Source of the DNA: Candidatus Kapaibacterium sp.
Lineage (GTDB): Bacteria; Bacteroidota; Ignavibacteria; Kapaibacteriales; UBA2268
DNA length: 64,000 nt
Direction: 5' to 3'
Assembly: GCA_028376765.1 (NCBI GenBank)
Contig: JAONBD010000004.1
Span: 793-64,792 of the forward strand
Part shown: piece after piece, positions 1 through 11,057 of the stretch
How the letters are laid out: the number at the start of each line of letters is the position of its first letter
Numbering within the stretch: position 1 is the stretch's first letter
The notes under the pieces: model-generated
What the model was told of the DNA's origin: nothing
Seen by the model: only the letters and a program-made list of their open reading frames with translations
Databases searched by the model: none
Position numbers and translations under genes: made by a program

Positions 1-957
1 CTTAACCATATTGATTTTGTAAATAAAAATAGAGTCACAAACCCAATGATTGCTTCAAATGGTATATTTGAAAGTGTAAGTTGGGATACTGCTCATAAAA
101 CTGTTAAAGAAAAATTATCAAGATTTATTCCTGAATCTATATTTGTACTTGGTTCGGCTTATGCAACAACTGAATCAAATTTTGCACTTAAAAAGTTCGC
201 AAATGATGTTCTAAAAACTAAGAATGTAGATTTCTTAGCTCATAATGACAAATCATTTGAAGACGATTTTTTAGGTGTTGCAGATAGAACACCAAATTCT
301 ATGGGAGCTAAAACTATAGGAATAAACTCCAATAAAGGTATTTCTGCAAGTGAATTAATTGAAAAAATCCAATCAGGAAGAATACAAGCACTTATTGTAA
401 TGGAAGAAAATTTTAATGGTTATAAAGAAATTCTAAAATCATTAGATAAACTTGAGCTCTTAATTAGTTTGTCCTATAACCTTGATGATGCCGCACGCAA
501 ATCTGATATAATTTTACCAGCTTCTACATTTGCAGAATCAGAAGGAACATATATTAATAAAGATAATAGAGTTCAGCATTTAGAGCCAGCATTAATCACT
601 AAAGAAAATTTAAGAACGATGGGTATGAAGCTATCGAGATGGGATAACTTTGGTGAAACTAATGATAGATGGACAAATCAAGAATTAAGAATATGCAGAC
701 AAAGTTGGAGAATTTTTCAAAATCTTGCCAAAGAGTTTGGTCAAGAATGGAATTGGATAAATTCTAAAGATGTATTCAAAGAAATAACAGATAATCACGA
801 TGATTTTAAAGGTATGGACTATAAGCTATTAGATGAGTATCAGGGACTAACCCTTGGCAAAGCAGATAATCCTGATAATAAGGTTCCAACTTATGTATCA
901 CATAAAATGAAGCCTCAGAATTTAAAACATCAATTTCAATTTACTAAAGCAAATTAA
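1..957 (+). CDS. nuoG: NADH-quinone oxidoreductase subunit G, C-terminal molybdopterin-oxidoreductase-like part (5' truncated by the window)
   Basis: Frame is open from base 1; ADxILPASTFAESEGTYINxDxRVQ-type motif; directly upstream of nuoH-nuoI. Confidence 0.85.
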   Translation, partial: LNHIDFVNKNRVTNPMIASNGIFESVSWDTAHKTVKEKLSRFIPESIFVLGSAYATTESNFALKKFANDVLKTKNVDFLAHNDKSFEDDFLGVADRTPNSMGAKTIGINSNKGISASELIEKIQSGRIQALIVMEENFNGYKEILKSLDKLELLISLSYNLDDAARKSDIILPASTFAESEGTYINKDNRVQHLEPALITKENLRTMGMKLSRWDNFGETNDRWTNQELRICRQSWRIFQNLAKEFGQEWNWINSKDVFKEITDNHDDFKGMDYKLLDEYQGLTLGKADNPDNKVPTYVSHKMKPQNLKHQFQFTKAN

Positions 958-977
958 TTTAAGGGACAATCAAAAAC

Positions 978-2054
978 ATGAGTGATTTAAACTCTTTAAT
1001 TATAGAGGCAAGTATCAAAGGACTAGTAATTGTAGGTATTGTACAAACACTTGCAGCCTTTGAAGTTTGGCTAGAACGAAAAATATCAGCATGGATACAA
1101 AATAGAATTGGTCCAAATAGAGTAGGCCCTATGGGTCTATTACAACCGTTTGCTGATGTAGTGAAACTTTTTATGAAAGAAGATTTGGTACCTGATGCAG
1201 CCCACAAAGGGTTTCATAGGTTAGCACCTGCTCTTTCATTAGCAATAGCTACAGCGGTTTATGCTGTTATTCCTTATGCACATTATTGGGATGCAGACCT
1301 TACTGGTATTGGTCTCGACTTTCAACAGCGAATTTACTTTGGAATAGCTCCAAATGTTAATATTGGTGTGTTATTTATGCTTGCAATGACATCAATCGGT
1401 GTTTATGGAATAACACTCGCAGGATGGTCATCAAATTCAAAATACTCACTCCTTGGTGGATTGAGGAGTGCTGCTCAAATGATTTCATACGAACTTGCTA
1501 TGGGTATTTCGGTTTTGGCAGTTGTATTATGGGCAAGTACTTTATCGATTAATGGAATAATTGTAGAACAAGAAGGTTGGGCTGTAAATTGGTATATATT
1601 CAGAAATCCAATTGCATTTTTCATATTTTTGATATGTGCTTTTGCTGAAACAAACAGAGCCCCTTTTGACCTGCCAGAAGCAGAACCTGAGCTAGTAGGT
1701 GGTTTTAACACAGAATATTCCGGGATGAAATTTGGGATGTTTTTCTTAGCTGAGTACGCCAACATGGCAACAGCATCTGCTTTTATTATTATACTATTTT
1801 TGGGTGGATGGCAATTACCATTCCCAGCAGAAATGGTAGGGCTTGAGGCAGGATCACTTGCATTAACCTTAGCTCAAATTGGAGCATTTGCAATTAAACT
1901 ATTAATTTTATTATTCTTCTTTGTTCAGGTTAGATGGTCAATTCCACGATTTAGATATGATCAATTAATGAACTTAGGTTGGAAAATTTTATTACCATTA
2001 TCAATTGTTAATTTACTTATCACAGCAATTATAATTTTTGTTTTTGACGCATAA
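978..2054 (+). CDS. nuoH: NADH-quinone oxidoreductase subunit H
   Basis: ERKISAWIQNRIGPNRVGP, LQPFADVVKL, AETNRAPFDLPEAEPELV and PRFRYDQLM motifs; multiple TM helices. Confidence 0.97.
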   Translation: MSDLNSLIIEASIKGLVIVGIVQTLAAFEVWLERKISAWIQNRIGPNRVGPMGLLQPFADVVKLFMKEDLVPDAAHKGFHRLAPALSLAIATAVYAVIPYAHYWDADLTGIGLDFQQRIYFGIAPNVNIGVLFMLAMTSIGVYGITLAGWSSNSKYSLLGGLRSAAQMISYELAMGISVLAVVLWASTLSINGIIVEQEGWAVNWYIFRNPIAFFIFLICAFAETNRAPFDLPEAEPELVGGFNTEYSGMKFGMFFLAEYANMATASAFIIILFLGGWQLPFPAEMVGLEAGSLALTLAQIGAFAIKLLILLFFFVQVRWSIPRFRYDQLMNLGWKILLPLSIVNLLITAIIIFVFDA

Positions 2055-2069
2055 ATTAGAAAGGAACAA

Positions 2070-2567
2070 ATGAATAATACTAAAAATACTGAAGCAGAAA
2101 GACTTAATTTTTGGGAAAGAATGTACCTTCCAGAAATTGGTAGAGGTCTTGCATTAACTTTTAAACAATTATTTAAACCAAAATTCACAAGACAATATCC
2201 AGAAGTTCGATGGGAACCAGAAGGATCATATAGAGGTCGCCCAGTACTTGTAGAAGAAGAATCGGGTGAAAGATGTGTAGCTTGTGGTTTATGTTCAAGG
2301 GTTTGCCCTGCATTGGCAATTGAAGTTCAAGCAGGTGAAACTGAGCGAGAAAAGGAACGCTACCCAGAACTATTTGAAATAAATATGTTGAGATGTATTT
2401 ACTGTGCTTATTGCGAAGAGGTATGTCCCGAAGAAGCAATCGTAATGAGTAAAGATTACGATATTGTCTTTACTAACCAAGAAGATGCTATCCTTGGTAA
2501 AGAGGACTTGCTAGTCCCAGTTGAAAAACTGCAAGATAGATTAGAGTTTTTAAGACAATATAAATAA
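2070..2567 (+). CDS. nuoI: NADH-quinone oxidoreductase subunit I
   Basis: Two CxxCxxCxxxCP 4Fe-4S motifs; follows nuoH. Confidence 0.96.
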   Translation: MNNTKNTEAERLNFWERMYLPEIGRGLALTFKQLFKPKFTRQYPEVRWEPEGSYRGRPVLVEEESGERCVACGLCSRVCPALAIEVQAGETEREKERYPELFEINMLRCIYCAYCEEVCPEEAIVMSKDYDIVFTNQEDAILGKEDLLVPVEKLQDRLEFLRQYK

Positions 2568-2572
2568 TAATT

Positions 2573-2600
2573 AAGGGTAGCAAATTAGCTACCCTTTCTT
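2573..2600 (+). terminator. Intrinsic terminator after nuoI
   Basis: AAGGGTAGC-loop-GCTACCCTT stem followed by T-rich tail. Confidence 0.75.
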
Positions 2601-2652
2601 CTTAAAATATATTTTTTTTTGCAACATTTTTTTTTGAGTAGTTATTTTTTGT

Positions 2653-2660
2653 TAATTTTG
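2653..2660 (+). promoter_or_regulatory. Bacteroidota-type -7 promoter box (TAATTTTG) for hppA
   Basis: Exact TAnnTTTG match upstream of the structured leader. Confidence 0.6.
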
Positions 2661-2683
2661 CAATCGAATGAGAAATAAGTTTC

Positions 2684-2762
2684 AAAATTCCGGCCAAGCG
2701 GTTATCGCAGAAGCGGTTAAATACCAATTCAAACGAAAGACCACCTTGCCGGAATTTTTTTT
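2684..2762 (+). promoter_or_regulatory. Structured 5' leader / candidate attenuator upstream of hppA
   Basis: AAAATTCCGG...CCGGAATTTT closing stem, internal hairpins, T8 tail. Confidence 0.55.
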
Positions 2763-2801
2763 ATACGGTAAATATTTTGTTCAAATAATTTAAATAATAC
2801 T

Positions 2802-4973
2802 ATGTTAAATCAACTAATTTGGCTAGTTCCTGCATGCGGTGTCATTGCGTTACTATTCACATACATAAAATCGGCCTGGGTCAAAAATCAAGATCCTGGT
2901 AACGATAAAATGAAAAATATTGCAAAATTCATCTCTGATGGTGCAATGGCTTTCTTAAAAGCAGAATACAAAATCTTAGGAATATTTGTAGTCTTAGTGG
3001 CAATTTTACTAGCATGGAAAGGATCTAACGAAGCTGGATCTCACTCTATGATTGCTTTATCATTTATAGTTGGAGCAGTTTTCTCTGCTTTAGCTGGTTA
3101 CATTGGTATGAAAGTAGCAACTAACGCAAATGTTAGAACAACAAATGCTGCTATTAGTGGGCTAAATAAAGCATTAGCAGTTGCCTTTACAGGTGGTTCA
3201 GTAATGGGAATGGGCGTGGTAGGTCTTGGTGTTATAGGACTTTCTGGCTTATTTATTCTTTATTCTAATATGTTTGGTATAGGCACGCCAGAAGAACTAC
3301 AGAAAGTAATTACTGTTGTAACTGGATTCTCTTTTGGAGCTTCTTCAATTGCATTATTTGCTCGTGTTGGTGGTGGTATTTATACTAAAGCTGCTGACGT
3401 TGGAGCTGACCTTGTAGGTAAAGTTGAAGCTGGAATACCAGAAGATCATCCTTTAAACCCTGCAACTATTGCAGATAATGTTGGAGATAACGTAGGTGAT
3501 GTTGCTGGTATGGGTGCTGATTTATTTGAATCTTATGTTGGTTCAATAATTGGAACAATGGTTTTAGGTGCTGCATTTTTCTCAGTTGGTGCTTTTACTG
3601 ACACTCCATTTGGAGCTTTATCTGCTGTAATGTTACCTTTAATTCTTGCTGCTGTTGGAATCTTAGTTTCTATTTTTGGTACTTTCTTTGTAAAAGTTAA
3701 GGAAGGTGGAAACCCACAAACAGCACTAAATATTGGTGAATTTGGTGCCGCTGGGTTGATGCTTGTTCTAACATACTTCATTATTAAATGGATGCTACCA
3801 GAAACTTGGATGTTAAATGATTTCCAATTTACTTCTAATGGTGTATTTATTGCAACTATTTCTGGTTTATTATCAGGTGTTGCTATTGGTAAAGTAACTG
3901 AATATTACACTGGTTTTGGTACAAAGCCAGTTCTTGGCATTGCAAAACAATCATTAACAGGTTCAGCAACTAATATTATTTCTGGTTTAGGTGTTGGTAT
4001 GATGTCAACAGCTTGGCCAATACTATTTATTGCGGCTGCTATTATGGTATCTTACGAATTTTCTGGATTATATGGTATAGCAATAGCTGCTGTTGGTATG
4101 TTATCTACAACTGGTATTCAGCTTGCAGTTGATGCTTATGGACCTATTTCTGATAATGCTGGTGGTATCGCTGAAATGGCTGAACTTCCTTCTGAAGTTA
4201 GAAGTAGAACAGATAAGTTAGATGCTGTTGGTAATACAACTGCTGCAATCGGAAAAGGTTTTGCAATCGGTTCAGCTGCTCTTACTGCTCTTGCTTTATT
4301 TGCGGCATTTATGCAACAAGCTGGAATTCAAACAATTGATATTGCTAACCCGAATGTTATGGCTGGTTTATTAGTTGGTGGTATGTTGCCTTTCGTATTT
4401 TCTGCAATGGCTATGAATGCTGTGGGTAGAGCTGCGATGGCTATGATAAAAGAAGTTAGAAGACAGTTTAGAGATATTCCTCAATTAAAAGCTGCACTTG
4501 ATGTTATGAGAACTAAAGGTGACGACTCTTCTAAATGGTCTGATTCTGACAAAAAAACTTATGACTCTGCTGAAGGAAAAGCTGAATATGCTAAATGTGT
4601 TGAAATTTCTACTCAAGCTTCAATTAAAGAAATGATGATACCAGGATTACTTGCTGTGGTTGCACCAGTAATTGTTGGTTTCACTTTTGGTCCTGAAACT
4701 CTTGGAGGTTTGCTTGCTGGTGTTACTGTAACTGGTGTATTAATGGCAATTTTCCAATCAAACGCAGGTGGTGCTTGGGATAACGCTAAAAAGATGTTCG
4801 AAGATGGTATCCAAGTTGATGGTGTTACTTACAAAAAAGGCTCAGATGCTCACAAAGCAGCTGTAACTGGAGATACTGTAGGTGATCCATTTAAAGATAC
4901 TTCTGGACCTTCAATCAATATTTTAATTAAATTAATGTCAGTAGTTGCACTTGTTATTGCTACATCTATTTAA
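2802..4973 (+). CDS. hppA: Membrane-bound pyrophosphatase, K+-dependent, probably Na+-translocating
   Basis: [20 protein letters not shown] and [14 protein letters not shown] motifs; GNTTAA (K+-dependent Ala); DLFESY with the Glu at the Na+-PPase position. Confidence 0.93.
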   Translation: MLNQLIWLVPACGVIALLFTYIKSAWVKNQDPGNDKMKNIAKFISDGAMAFLKAEYKILGIFVVLVAILLAWKGSNEAGSHSMIALSFIVGAVFSALAGYIGMKVATNANVRTTNAAISGLNKALAVAFTGGSVMGMGVVGLGVIGLSGLFILYSNMFGIGTPEELQKVITVVTGFSFGASSIALFARVGGGIYTKAADVGADLVGKVEAGIPEDHPLNPATIADNVGDNVGDVAGMGADLFESYVGSIIGTMVLGAAFFSVGAFTDTPFGALSAVMLPLILAAVGILVSIFGTFFVKVKEGGNPQTALNIGEFGAAGLMLVLTYFIIKWMLPETWMLNDFQFTSNGVFIATISGLLSGVAIGKVTEYYTGFGTKPVLGIAKQSLTGSATNIISGLGVGMMSTAWPILFIAAAIMVSYEFSGLYGIAIAAVGMLSTTGIQLAVDAYGPISDNAGGIAEMAELPSEVRSRTDKLDAVGNTTAAIGKGFAIGSAALTALALFAAFMQQAGIQTIDIANPNVMAGLLVGGMLPFVFSAMAMNAVGRAAMAMIKEVRRQFRDIPQLKAALDVMRTKGDDSSKWSDSDKKTYDSAEGKAEYAKCVEISTQASIKEMMIPGLLAVVAPVIVGFTFGPETLGGLLAGVTVTGVLMAIFQSNAGGAWDNAKKMFEDGIQVDGVTYKKGSDAHKAAVTGDTVGDPFKDTSGPSINILIKLMSVVALVIATSI

Positions 4974-4996
4974 TTACCAAGTTTATTTTTACGCAT

Positions 4997-5031
4997 AAAA
5001 AAAGGTGACCAAATTGGTCACCTTTTTTTTT
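4997..5031. terminator. Bidirectional intrinsic terminator
   Basis: A7-GGTGACCA...TGGTCACC-T9 between convergent genes. Confidence 0.85.
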
Positions 5032-5055
5032 GATTAGAAAAAATTTATAATTGTA

Positions 5056-6159
5056 TTAATTTTTACATTCATGGATTTGATACTTTAAATTACTAGATAG
5101 CAGTCTATGGTTATTAAATATTTTAGATAAATGTGTCCCATAATTTAAATGAGTATTAGCTACTAGTACAAATCTTCCATCAGAATTTAGCTTCGCTTTA
5201 GATTCTTTAAATAAACCTATCGAAATTTCTATGTTTGTTTCATAACCAAAATGGAACGGTGGATTACAAACAATTAAGTCAAACTTTTTGTTTTCAAAAG
5301 ATTTTAGTGTATCATCACAATGGAAAAATACATTATCACCTTTTATATTCATCTTTGCTGATTCAATAGCTAGGATAGAATCATCAATAAGGTGAATTTC
5401 TGAATCTGCTGATTGTTTTTGTAGTGATTTAGCAATTATTCCATTTCCTGATCCTAAATCTAAAATAGTAGATTCAGATTCTAACACTTTGAGTTTATTC
5501 AATAAAAATTCAGTTCCTCTATCAATTTTATTTGAAGAGAAAACTCCATAATATTGTGAAATCTCATCATCATCAATAGTTCGGAAAGTATTTACAATCG
5601 AGCTTTTTTCGGTTTTTATAGGTTTTCTTAAGATTAGCAATCTTGACTTTTTCCAAGCTAAACTTTGACTTATATCTTCAAAATATAATTTAGCAATATC
5701 AATTAACTGATTGTTGAAGTGTTTTGTCATAAACCCACAAACTACAGTTGTATTTTCATCTATATTATCAATAATTTGATTAAGATATAACTTAAACAAA
5801 TCATTTGATTTTGGGATTTTTAATAGAATTAAGTCAATAATTTGACTAGATTTTTCTAAAGGAGTCAAAAACTTTAAATTATCAAGATTCAGTGAATTTA
5901 GCTTATAGTTTTCACTGATAGATTTTTTTTGACTCTCTTGTTCTATTATAACATTTGGATTATTTTCTGATAATAGACACGATAAGAACCCAAATCTATC
6001 ATTAATAATTAATATACCAGATTGCGAACTAAGTAAATTATTATCATGTAGATAATTTAGAATGTGTTCTTCCGATGAATTCCAAGGTAAAAGAGATGTA
6101 TTATTTGTTTTCGGGTATCTCTTAATTTCAAATTTTTTGTCTTTGTTTATATATTTCAT
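5056..6159 (-). CDS. rRNA guanine-N2 methyltransferase, RlmG/RsmC family
   Basis: GVFSSNKIDRGT, LDLGSGNG and CNPPFH motifs; two-domain layout like RlmG. Confidence 0.8.
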   Translation of the reverse strand: MKYINKDKKFEIKRYPKTNNTSLLPWNSSEEHILNYLHDNNLLSSQSGILIINDRFGFLSCLLSENNPNVIIEQESQKKSISENYKLNSLNLDNLKFLTPLEKSSQIIDLILLKIPKSNDLFKLYLNQIIDNIDENTTVVCGFMTKHFNNQLIDIAKLYFEDISQSLAWKKSRLLILRKPIKTEKSSIVNTFRTIDDDEISQYYGVFSSNKIDRGTEFLLNKLKVLESESTILDLGSGNGIIAKSLQKQSADSEIHLIDDSILAIESAKMNIKGDNVFFHCDDTLKSFENKKFDLIVCNPPFHFGYETNIEISIGLFKESKAKLNSDGRFVLVANTHLNYGTHLSKIFNNHRLLSSNLKYQIHECKN

Positions 6160-6178
6160 TTTATTTGATATTTTAAAT

Positions 6179-6204
6179 AAAAAAGCCTCAAATTTCTTTG
6201 AGGC
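6179..6204 (-). terminator. Intrinsic terminator after lipA
   Basis: GCCTCAAA/TTTGAGGC stem with T tail on the minus strand. Confidence 0.6.
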
Positions 6205-6231
6205 CTAAAGTAATATTTTATTCAATTCCCA

Positions 6232-7200
6232 TTAAACATGTTTTTCGGCATGATAGCTTGATCTAACTAGTGGTCCTGATTCAACGTGTTCGATACCCAT
6301 TTTCTCACCAATTTCTTTATATTTTCTGAAGGTATCGGGGTGAACAAATCTATCAACTGGAGCGTGATTTACACTTGGTTGAAGATATTGACCAATTGTA
6401 AAAACATTCAATTTGATATCTATCAAATCTTCCATCATTTCATAGACTTCATCATCAGTTTCACCAATTCCTACCATTATACCAGCTTTTGTTCTGAATC
6501 CAGCTTTTTTAGAATATTCCAAAACGTCTAATGATCTTTGGTATTTGGCCTGTGGTCGTATTCTTTTGTAAAGTCTGGGAACAGTTTCTATGTTATGGTT
6601 CAATAAATCAGGTTTTGCATCTAATACAGTTTGAAGACAATCAAAATCGCCTTTAAAATCTGGTATTAATACTTCAACTGTTGTATTTGGGTTAAATTCT
6701 TTAATTTTAAGAATAGTATTAGCCCATTGAACAGAGCCTTGGTCATCTAATTCATCTCTATTAACTGATGTAATAACAGCATGTTTTATATCCATCTTTT
6801 GAATAGATTTTGCAACATCGAGTGGCTCGTGAGGGTTAACTGTGTTAGGTCTACCTGTTTTGATAGCACAAAACGAACAGCTTCTTGTACAGGTATCACC
6901 CAATATCATAAAAGTAGCAGTCCCAGCTGCCCAGCATTCACCAATATTTGGGCATCTTGCTTCTTCACAGACACTATGAAGAGATTTTGCTCTCATCATT
7001 TTTTTTAGGTCGGCAAATTTTTCACCACCAGGAGCTTTCACTTTCAACCATTCAGGTCTTCTACCTCTTGTTGTAGAACCACTAGGGTTATTTTTTTTCT
7101 GATTTCCAGAAAAAACAGGAAGTGATATCGACCCACTACCATTATTTACTTTAAGAGTATTTGTGCTTTTATCAGCATCCGATAATTTTACATTTTGCAT
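6232..7200 (-). CDS. lipA: Lipoyl synthase
   Basis: CX4CX5C (CEEARCPNIGEC), radical-SAM CTRSCSFC and C-terminal RSSY. Confidence 0.97.
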   Translation of the reverse strand: MQNVKLSDADKSTNTLKVNNGSGSISLPVFSGNQKKNNPSGSTTRGRRPEWLKVKAPGGEKFADLKKMMRAKSLHSVCEEARCPNIGECWAAGTATFMILGDTCTRSCSFCAIKTGRPNTVNPHEPLDVAKSIQKMDIKHAVITSVNRDELDDQGSVQWANTILKIKEFNPNTTVEVLIPDFKGDFDCLQTVLDAKPDLLNHNIETVPRLYKRIRPQAKYQRSLDVLEYSKKAGFRTKAGIMVGIGETDDEVYEMMEDLIDIKLNVFTIGQYLQPSVNHAPVDRFVHPDTFRKYKEIGEKMGIEHVESGPLVRSSYHAEKHV

Positions 7201-7215
7201 GATTACCTTTTTGAA

Positions 7216-8076
7216 TTACCCAAGGAAAGTTCTTAACGATTTTGACCTTGAGGCATGTCTTAATCTTCTAATTGCTTTTTCTTTAATCTGTCTTACTCTT
7301 TCTCTTGTTAAATTAAATTTCTCGCCAATTTCTTCAAGAGTTAAAGCCTGCTCATCTAAACCAAAGTAAAGTTTTATTACATCAGCTTCTCTGGCAGAAA
7401 GTGTATTTAATACCTGTTTAACTTCAAGCCTTAAAGACTCTTGAATAAGTTCAGTATCAGGTGGTGGTTGTTGTTCGTTAGGAAGTACATCCAACAATCT
7501 GTTATCTTCACCCTGAACAAATGGAGCATCTACAGATAAATGCCTACCAGATATCTTTATAGTTTCACTTATTTCGGAAACACTCATTCCAAGCTCTTCA
7601 GCCAGTTCGGCAGCTGTGGGTTCTCTTTCAAACTCTTGTTCAAGCTGACTAAATTTCTTCCCAATTTTATTAAGTGCCCCTACTCTATTTAATGGCAACC
7701 TTACAATCCTTGATTGTTCAGCTAATGCCTGTAGAATAGATTGGCGAATCCACCATACTGCGTATGATATAAATTTGAAACCTCTTGTTTCGTCAAATCT
7801 CTTTGCAGCCTTGATTAGACCGAGATTCCCTTCATTGATAAGGTCTCCTAAGGAAAGACCTTGATTTTGATATTGCTTTGCAACCGATACAACAAATCTC
7901 AAGTTGGCTTTTACTAATCTTTCTAAAGCTCTAACACCTTTTCTTCCACCAGCTTTAATCAGCTTGGCAAGATCAATTTCATCTTCGGCGTTAAGTAACT
8001 CTACTCTACCAATTTCTTGTAAATATTTGTCTAAAGATTGACTTTCTCTGTTCGTATATTGTTTGGTTATTCTCAT
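7216..8076 (-). CDS. rpoD: Primary sigma-70 factor, short Bacteroidota/Chlorobiota type lacking region 1.1
   Basis: [41 protein letters not shown] and TRERVRQI motifs; 286 aa. Confidence 0.9.
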   Translation of the reverse strand: MRITKQYTNRESQSLDKYLQEIGRVELLNAEDEIDLAKLIKAGGRKGVRALERLVKANLRFVVSVAKQYQNQGLSLGDLINEGNLGLIKAAKRFDETRGFKFISYAVWWIRQSILQALAEQSRIVRLPLNRVGALNKIGKKFSQLEQEFEREPTAAELAEELGMSVSEISETIKISGRHLSVDAPFVQGEDNRLLDVLPNEQQPPPDTELIQESLRLEVKQVLNTLSAREADVIKLYFGLDEQALTLEEIGEKFNLTRERVRQIKEKAIRRLRHASRSKSLRTFLG

Positions 8077-8145
8077 TAAAAGCTCTAAAAAACCTTAAAT
8101 GGTACAAGTATGGGGATACGTTTTACTAAAAATTATATTTTTTAT

Positions 8146-9795
8146 TTAATGACTTTTATTATTAATTAACTTTCCACTAAGAATTCTAGAGTAAGTTTTA
8201 TCGGACAAAATGGTCTCGGCAGATTTTACAACTGAATCTTGAGTAGTAAATATTCTAGTTAAATCAGTCAAATTATGAAATCTTCTTAATATCTCATATC
8301 TAATCAAATCTACTATTTCATTTTTGTTATTATCTACTAAAACACCTTTATCTAGTTTAAACTTCCTATCTAAATCATCTAATAAAGCATCAACTGTACT
8401 ATCTAATTTTAAGTCAATTGCTTGTATATAAAGATCTTCAATCAGCTTATTAGATTTAGTTTTATAGATATAATCCGAATCAGAGATAAATTCTTTAAAT
8501 ACATTTAATAGCGAATCACTAATTTCGAAATTATGATTGGGAACAAAACCTGTTTTATCAAATTCGTATGAAATACGATTTCCAAACTTAAAAATCAAGT
8601 CATCATTATAAATTTTAGTTACAAAGTCGGTGAATTTCTTTTTAGCAATAATAGAATCTGGTGAAATTCCTCTTCTTTCGAACATTGGTCTTCCACCAAC
8701 TGTGTAAAAAGTAGCTGTGTCGCTTTTAATTTTATTATAGTAATCTTTTCGCTGGATAGATCTGCCAGAGGGGGTGTAATACCTCGCAGTTGTAATTTTC
8801 ATTGATGAATTGTAAGGAAGTTTAATAATTGTTTGAACAAGTCCTTTTCCAAATGAATTTCTACCAATTATTACTCCCCTATCATTATCTTGTAGACAGC
8901 CTGCTACAATTTCACTAGCACTAGCAGATCCTTTATTTATTAGAACTGCAATGGGAATTGTGCTATTTATTGGCTCTGATCTGGATTGGTAATTAAAACT
9001 TTTATTGATATTTTTTGATTTAGTAGAAACAATCATCGTATTTTTAGGAACAAATAACTCACAAATTCTTACTGCTTCATCAAGTAAACCACCAGGGTTA
9101 TCTCTTAAATCGATGATTATACCTTTAATATTTCGCTTTTGTAGATCTAAAACTGCACTTTCTAGCTCATCAGCAGCTCCACGAGTAAATCTAGAAAGCT
9201 TAATATATCCCATTCCTTTTTGAGTTCTACCATAATAAGCAATGTTTTCCATCTCAACTTTATGTCGCTTAAGCAATAATGATAAAGTATCAGATTTTCT
9301 AATCACTTTTACATCTGCAATTGAACCAGGTGTCCCTTGCGAATATTTTTTTAGCTCAGAAGAATTTAGATTTAGTACAACAGTAGAGTCAACTTTATAA
9401 AGAATATCACCTATCCGAAGACCATCATTAAAAGCAATAAAATCGTTGGCAAATCCAGATACAACTATTTGGTTATCAATCTTCTTAATGTTAATCCCAA
9501 AACCAACATAATTTCCATTTGTTATAATTTCAATTTTTTCTTTGTCTTGCTCTTCATAGTATTCTGTGTAAGGATCTAATTCTTTTAACATCCCGGTTAG
9601 ACTATTTTTCAATAGTAGTTCAGGATTTACATCCTCAACATAATATTCATTAATATCTCGAACCACAGCTCCGTAAATATCAAATGTTTTATTTAGCTTA
9701 AAAAGATCTTCGTTTTGCGAAGAAGTTAGTAAACCCAATAAAAAAATAGCAGTAATTATTTTAATAATTTTCATCATTATTTCTAAACGATTCAA
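8146..9795 (-). CDS. S41A carboxy-terminal processing protease (CtpA/Prc) with PDZ domain
   Basis: LDPY, DLRDNPGG, SASASEI, GKGLVQ and YYTPSGRSIQ motifs. Confidence 0.93.
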   Translation of the reverse strand: MNRLEIMMKIIKIITAIFLLGLLTSSQNEDLFKLNKTFDIYGAVVRDINEYYVEDVNPELLLKNSLTGMLKELDPYTEYYEEQDKEKIEIITNGNYVGFGINIKKIDNQIVVSGFANDFIAFNDGLRIGDILYKVDSTVVLNLNSSELKKYSQGTPGSIADVKVIRKSDTLSLLLKRHKVEMENIAYYGRTQKGMGYIKLSRFTRGAADELESAVLDLQKRNIKGIIIDLRDNPGGLLDEAVRICELFVPKNTMIVSTKSKNINKSFNYQSRSEPINSTIPIAVLINKGSASASEIVAGCLQDNDRGVIIGRNSFGKGLVQTIIKLPYNSSMKITTARYYTPSGRSIQRKDYYNKIKSDTATFYTVGGRPMFERRGISPDSIIAKKKFTDFVTKIYNDDLIFKFGNRISYEFDKTGFVPNHNFEISDSLLNVFKEFISDSDYIYKTKSNKLIEDLYIQAIDLKLDSTVDALLDDLDRKFKLDKGVLVDNNKNEIVDLIRYEILRRFHNLTDLTRIFTTQDSVVKSAETILSDKTYSRILSGKLINNKSH

Positions 9796-9813
9796 AGATC
9801 CTATTTGTTTTAT

Positions 9814-10626
9814 CTAGTTAGCAGATCGCCAATTATTGATTATCATATTTAGTTTATCTAAACCATCGGTTAAAGCTGCTGGTCCAGGTTGAAGAATATC
9901 AGCTGAAGCAATTTCGTAAATTTGTTCATTTTGAACAAAGCTAATTTCATCCCAATTTTGCCTTTCAATTACTCTACTTTTTCTAAAAGGCTTTCCGCAC
10001 CAAGATGCTATCATTATATCTGGGTTACGTTCTACAACTTCATCAAAAGATGATAAAATCCTATTTTTTGCAAGAGAATGTTTTGCATACTCCGGGAAAG
10101 CTTCCCTCCCACCAGCAATTTCAACTAGTTCAGAGACCCATTCAATACCTGTAATTAAGGGATCGAACCATTCTTCAAAATATACTAATGGTTTCTTAGT
10201 ATGATTAATATTTGATTGGTAAATTGATAATACCCTATCTTCAAGTGTTCTAGAGTATGCTTGGGATTCATCATTAAATCCTATGAGAGAGCCAAGTTTT
10301 TTTATCATTGAAAGAATGCCAGATATTGATCTATGGTTAAAACAAACTACCTCAACACCTTCTTTGATTAGTTGTTGGCAAATATTAGCTTGCAAATCGC
10401 TCCACGCAAAAACTATATCAGGTTTTAAAGATAGAATTTGTTTAATATTTGCTTCCGTAAAATGTGAGACTTTTGTTTTCTCTTTTGAAGCAATTGCTGG
10501 TCTTACCGTGTATTTAGATATACCAACTAATTTATCTTGAGCACCGATTTCATAAATTGTCTCTGTTGTCTCCTCTGTTAAACAAATTATTCGTTCGGGG
10601 TATTTCGCTTTTATTAATATTTCCAT
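9814..10626 (-). CDS. Cobalamin/Fe-siderophore-type substrate-binding protein (BtuF-like), no obvious signal peptide
   Basis: PERIICLTEETTE, LKPDIV, YFEEWFDP and ILQPGPA motifs. Confidence 0.8.
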   Translation of the reverse strand: MEILIKAKYPERIICLTEETTETIYEIGAQDKLVGISKYTVRPAIASKEKTKVSHFTEANIKQILSLKPDIVFAWSDLQANICQQLIKEGVEVVCFNHRSISGILSMIKKLGSLIGFNDESQAYSRTLEDRVLSIYQSNINHTKKPLVYFEEWFDPLITGIEWVSELVEIAGGREAFPEYAKHSLAKNRILSSFDEVVERNPDIMIASWCGKPFRKSRVIERQNWDEISFVQNEQIYEIASADILQPGPAALTDGLDKLNMIINNWRSAN

Positions 10627-10661
10627 GATAGGCTAATTGAAGAAAATATTAGAATTTTAGT

Positions 10662-11057
10662 TTATAGTTTGTTTAGGTATGCAACTAAACTATCTGTCTT
10701 AAAATCACTAGAGAAGGTATTTATTTTTTTTAGAATACTATCTTTATTATCTAAAATAAAAAGATTATACTTCTCTGAGTGGCTTGATAATCCAATAGTA
10801 TCCCTAGCAATTTTGTAATTCCAATAAAAGTTCGATTCAAAAACTTTCAGCTCCCTATTTCGTCTACATCGAACATAAGCCCATACCTCATAGGTTTTTA
10901 CAGTTTTCTCCAATGCATCAGATATTATTTTATCAGGTAAAACAATACACTTGACACAAGGCCCAATACTCGTAGATAATACAATTTTTTCAGATGCTAT
11001 TTCTTTATTATGAAGAACTGAGCAAAGTATAATTATTACGATTATTAATTTTTTCAT
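10662..11057 (-). CDS. Secreted hypothetical protein with CxxC (CVKC)
   Basis: N-terminal signal peptide; 4-nt overlap with upstream gene. Confidence 0.6.
   Translation of the reverse strand: MKKLIIVIIILCSVLHNKEIASEKIVLSTSIGPCVKCIVLPDKIISDALEKTVKTYEVWAYVRCRRNRELKVFESNFYWNYKIARDTIGLSSHSEKYNLFILDNKDSILKKINTFSSDFKTDSLVAYLNKL

Noticed and set aside
1-2600. nuo operon ending at nuoI (likewise ftsQAZ detached from mur genes and moxR-DUF58 without bat genes)
   Set aside because: Operon fragmentation is ordinary rearrangement; the missing genes are probably elsewhere and cannot be assessed from this window
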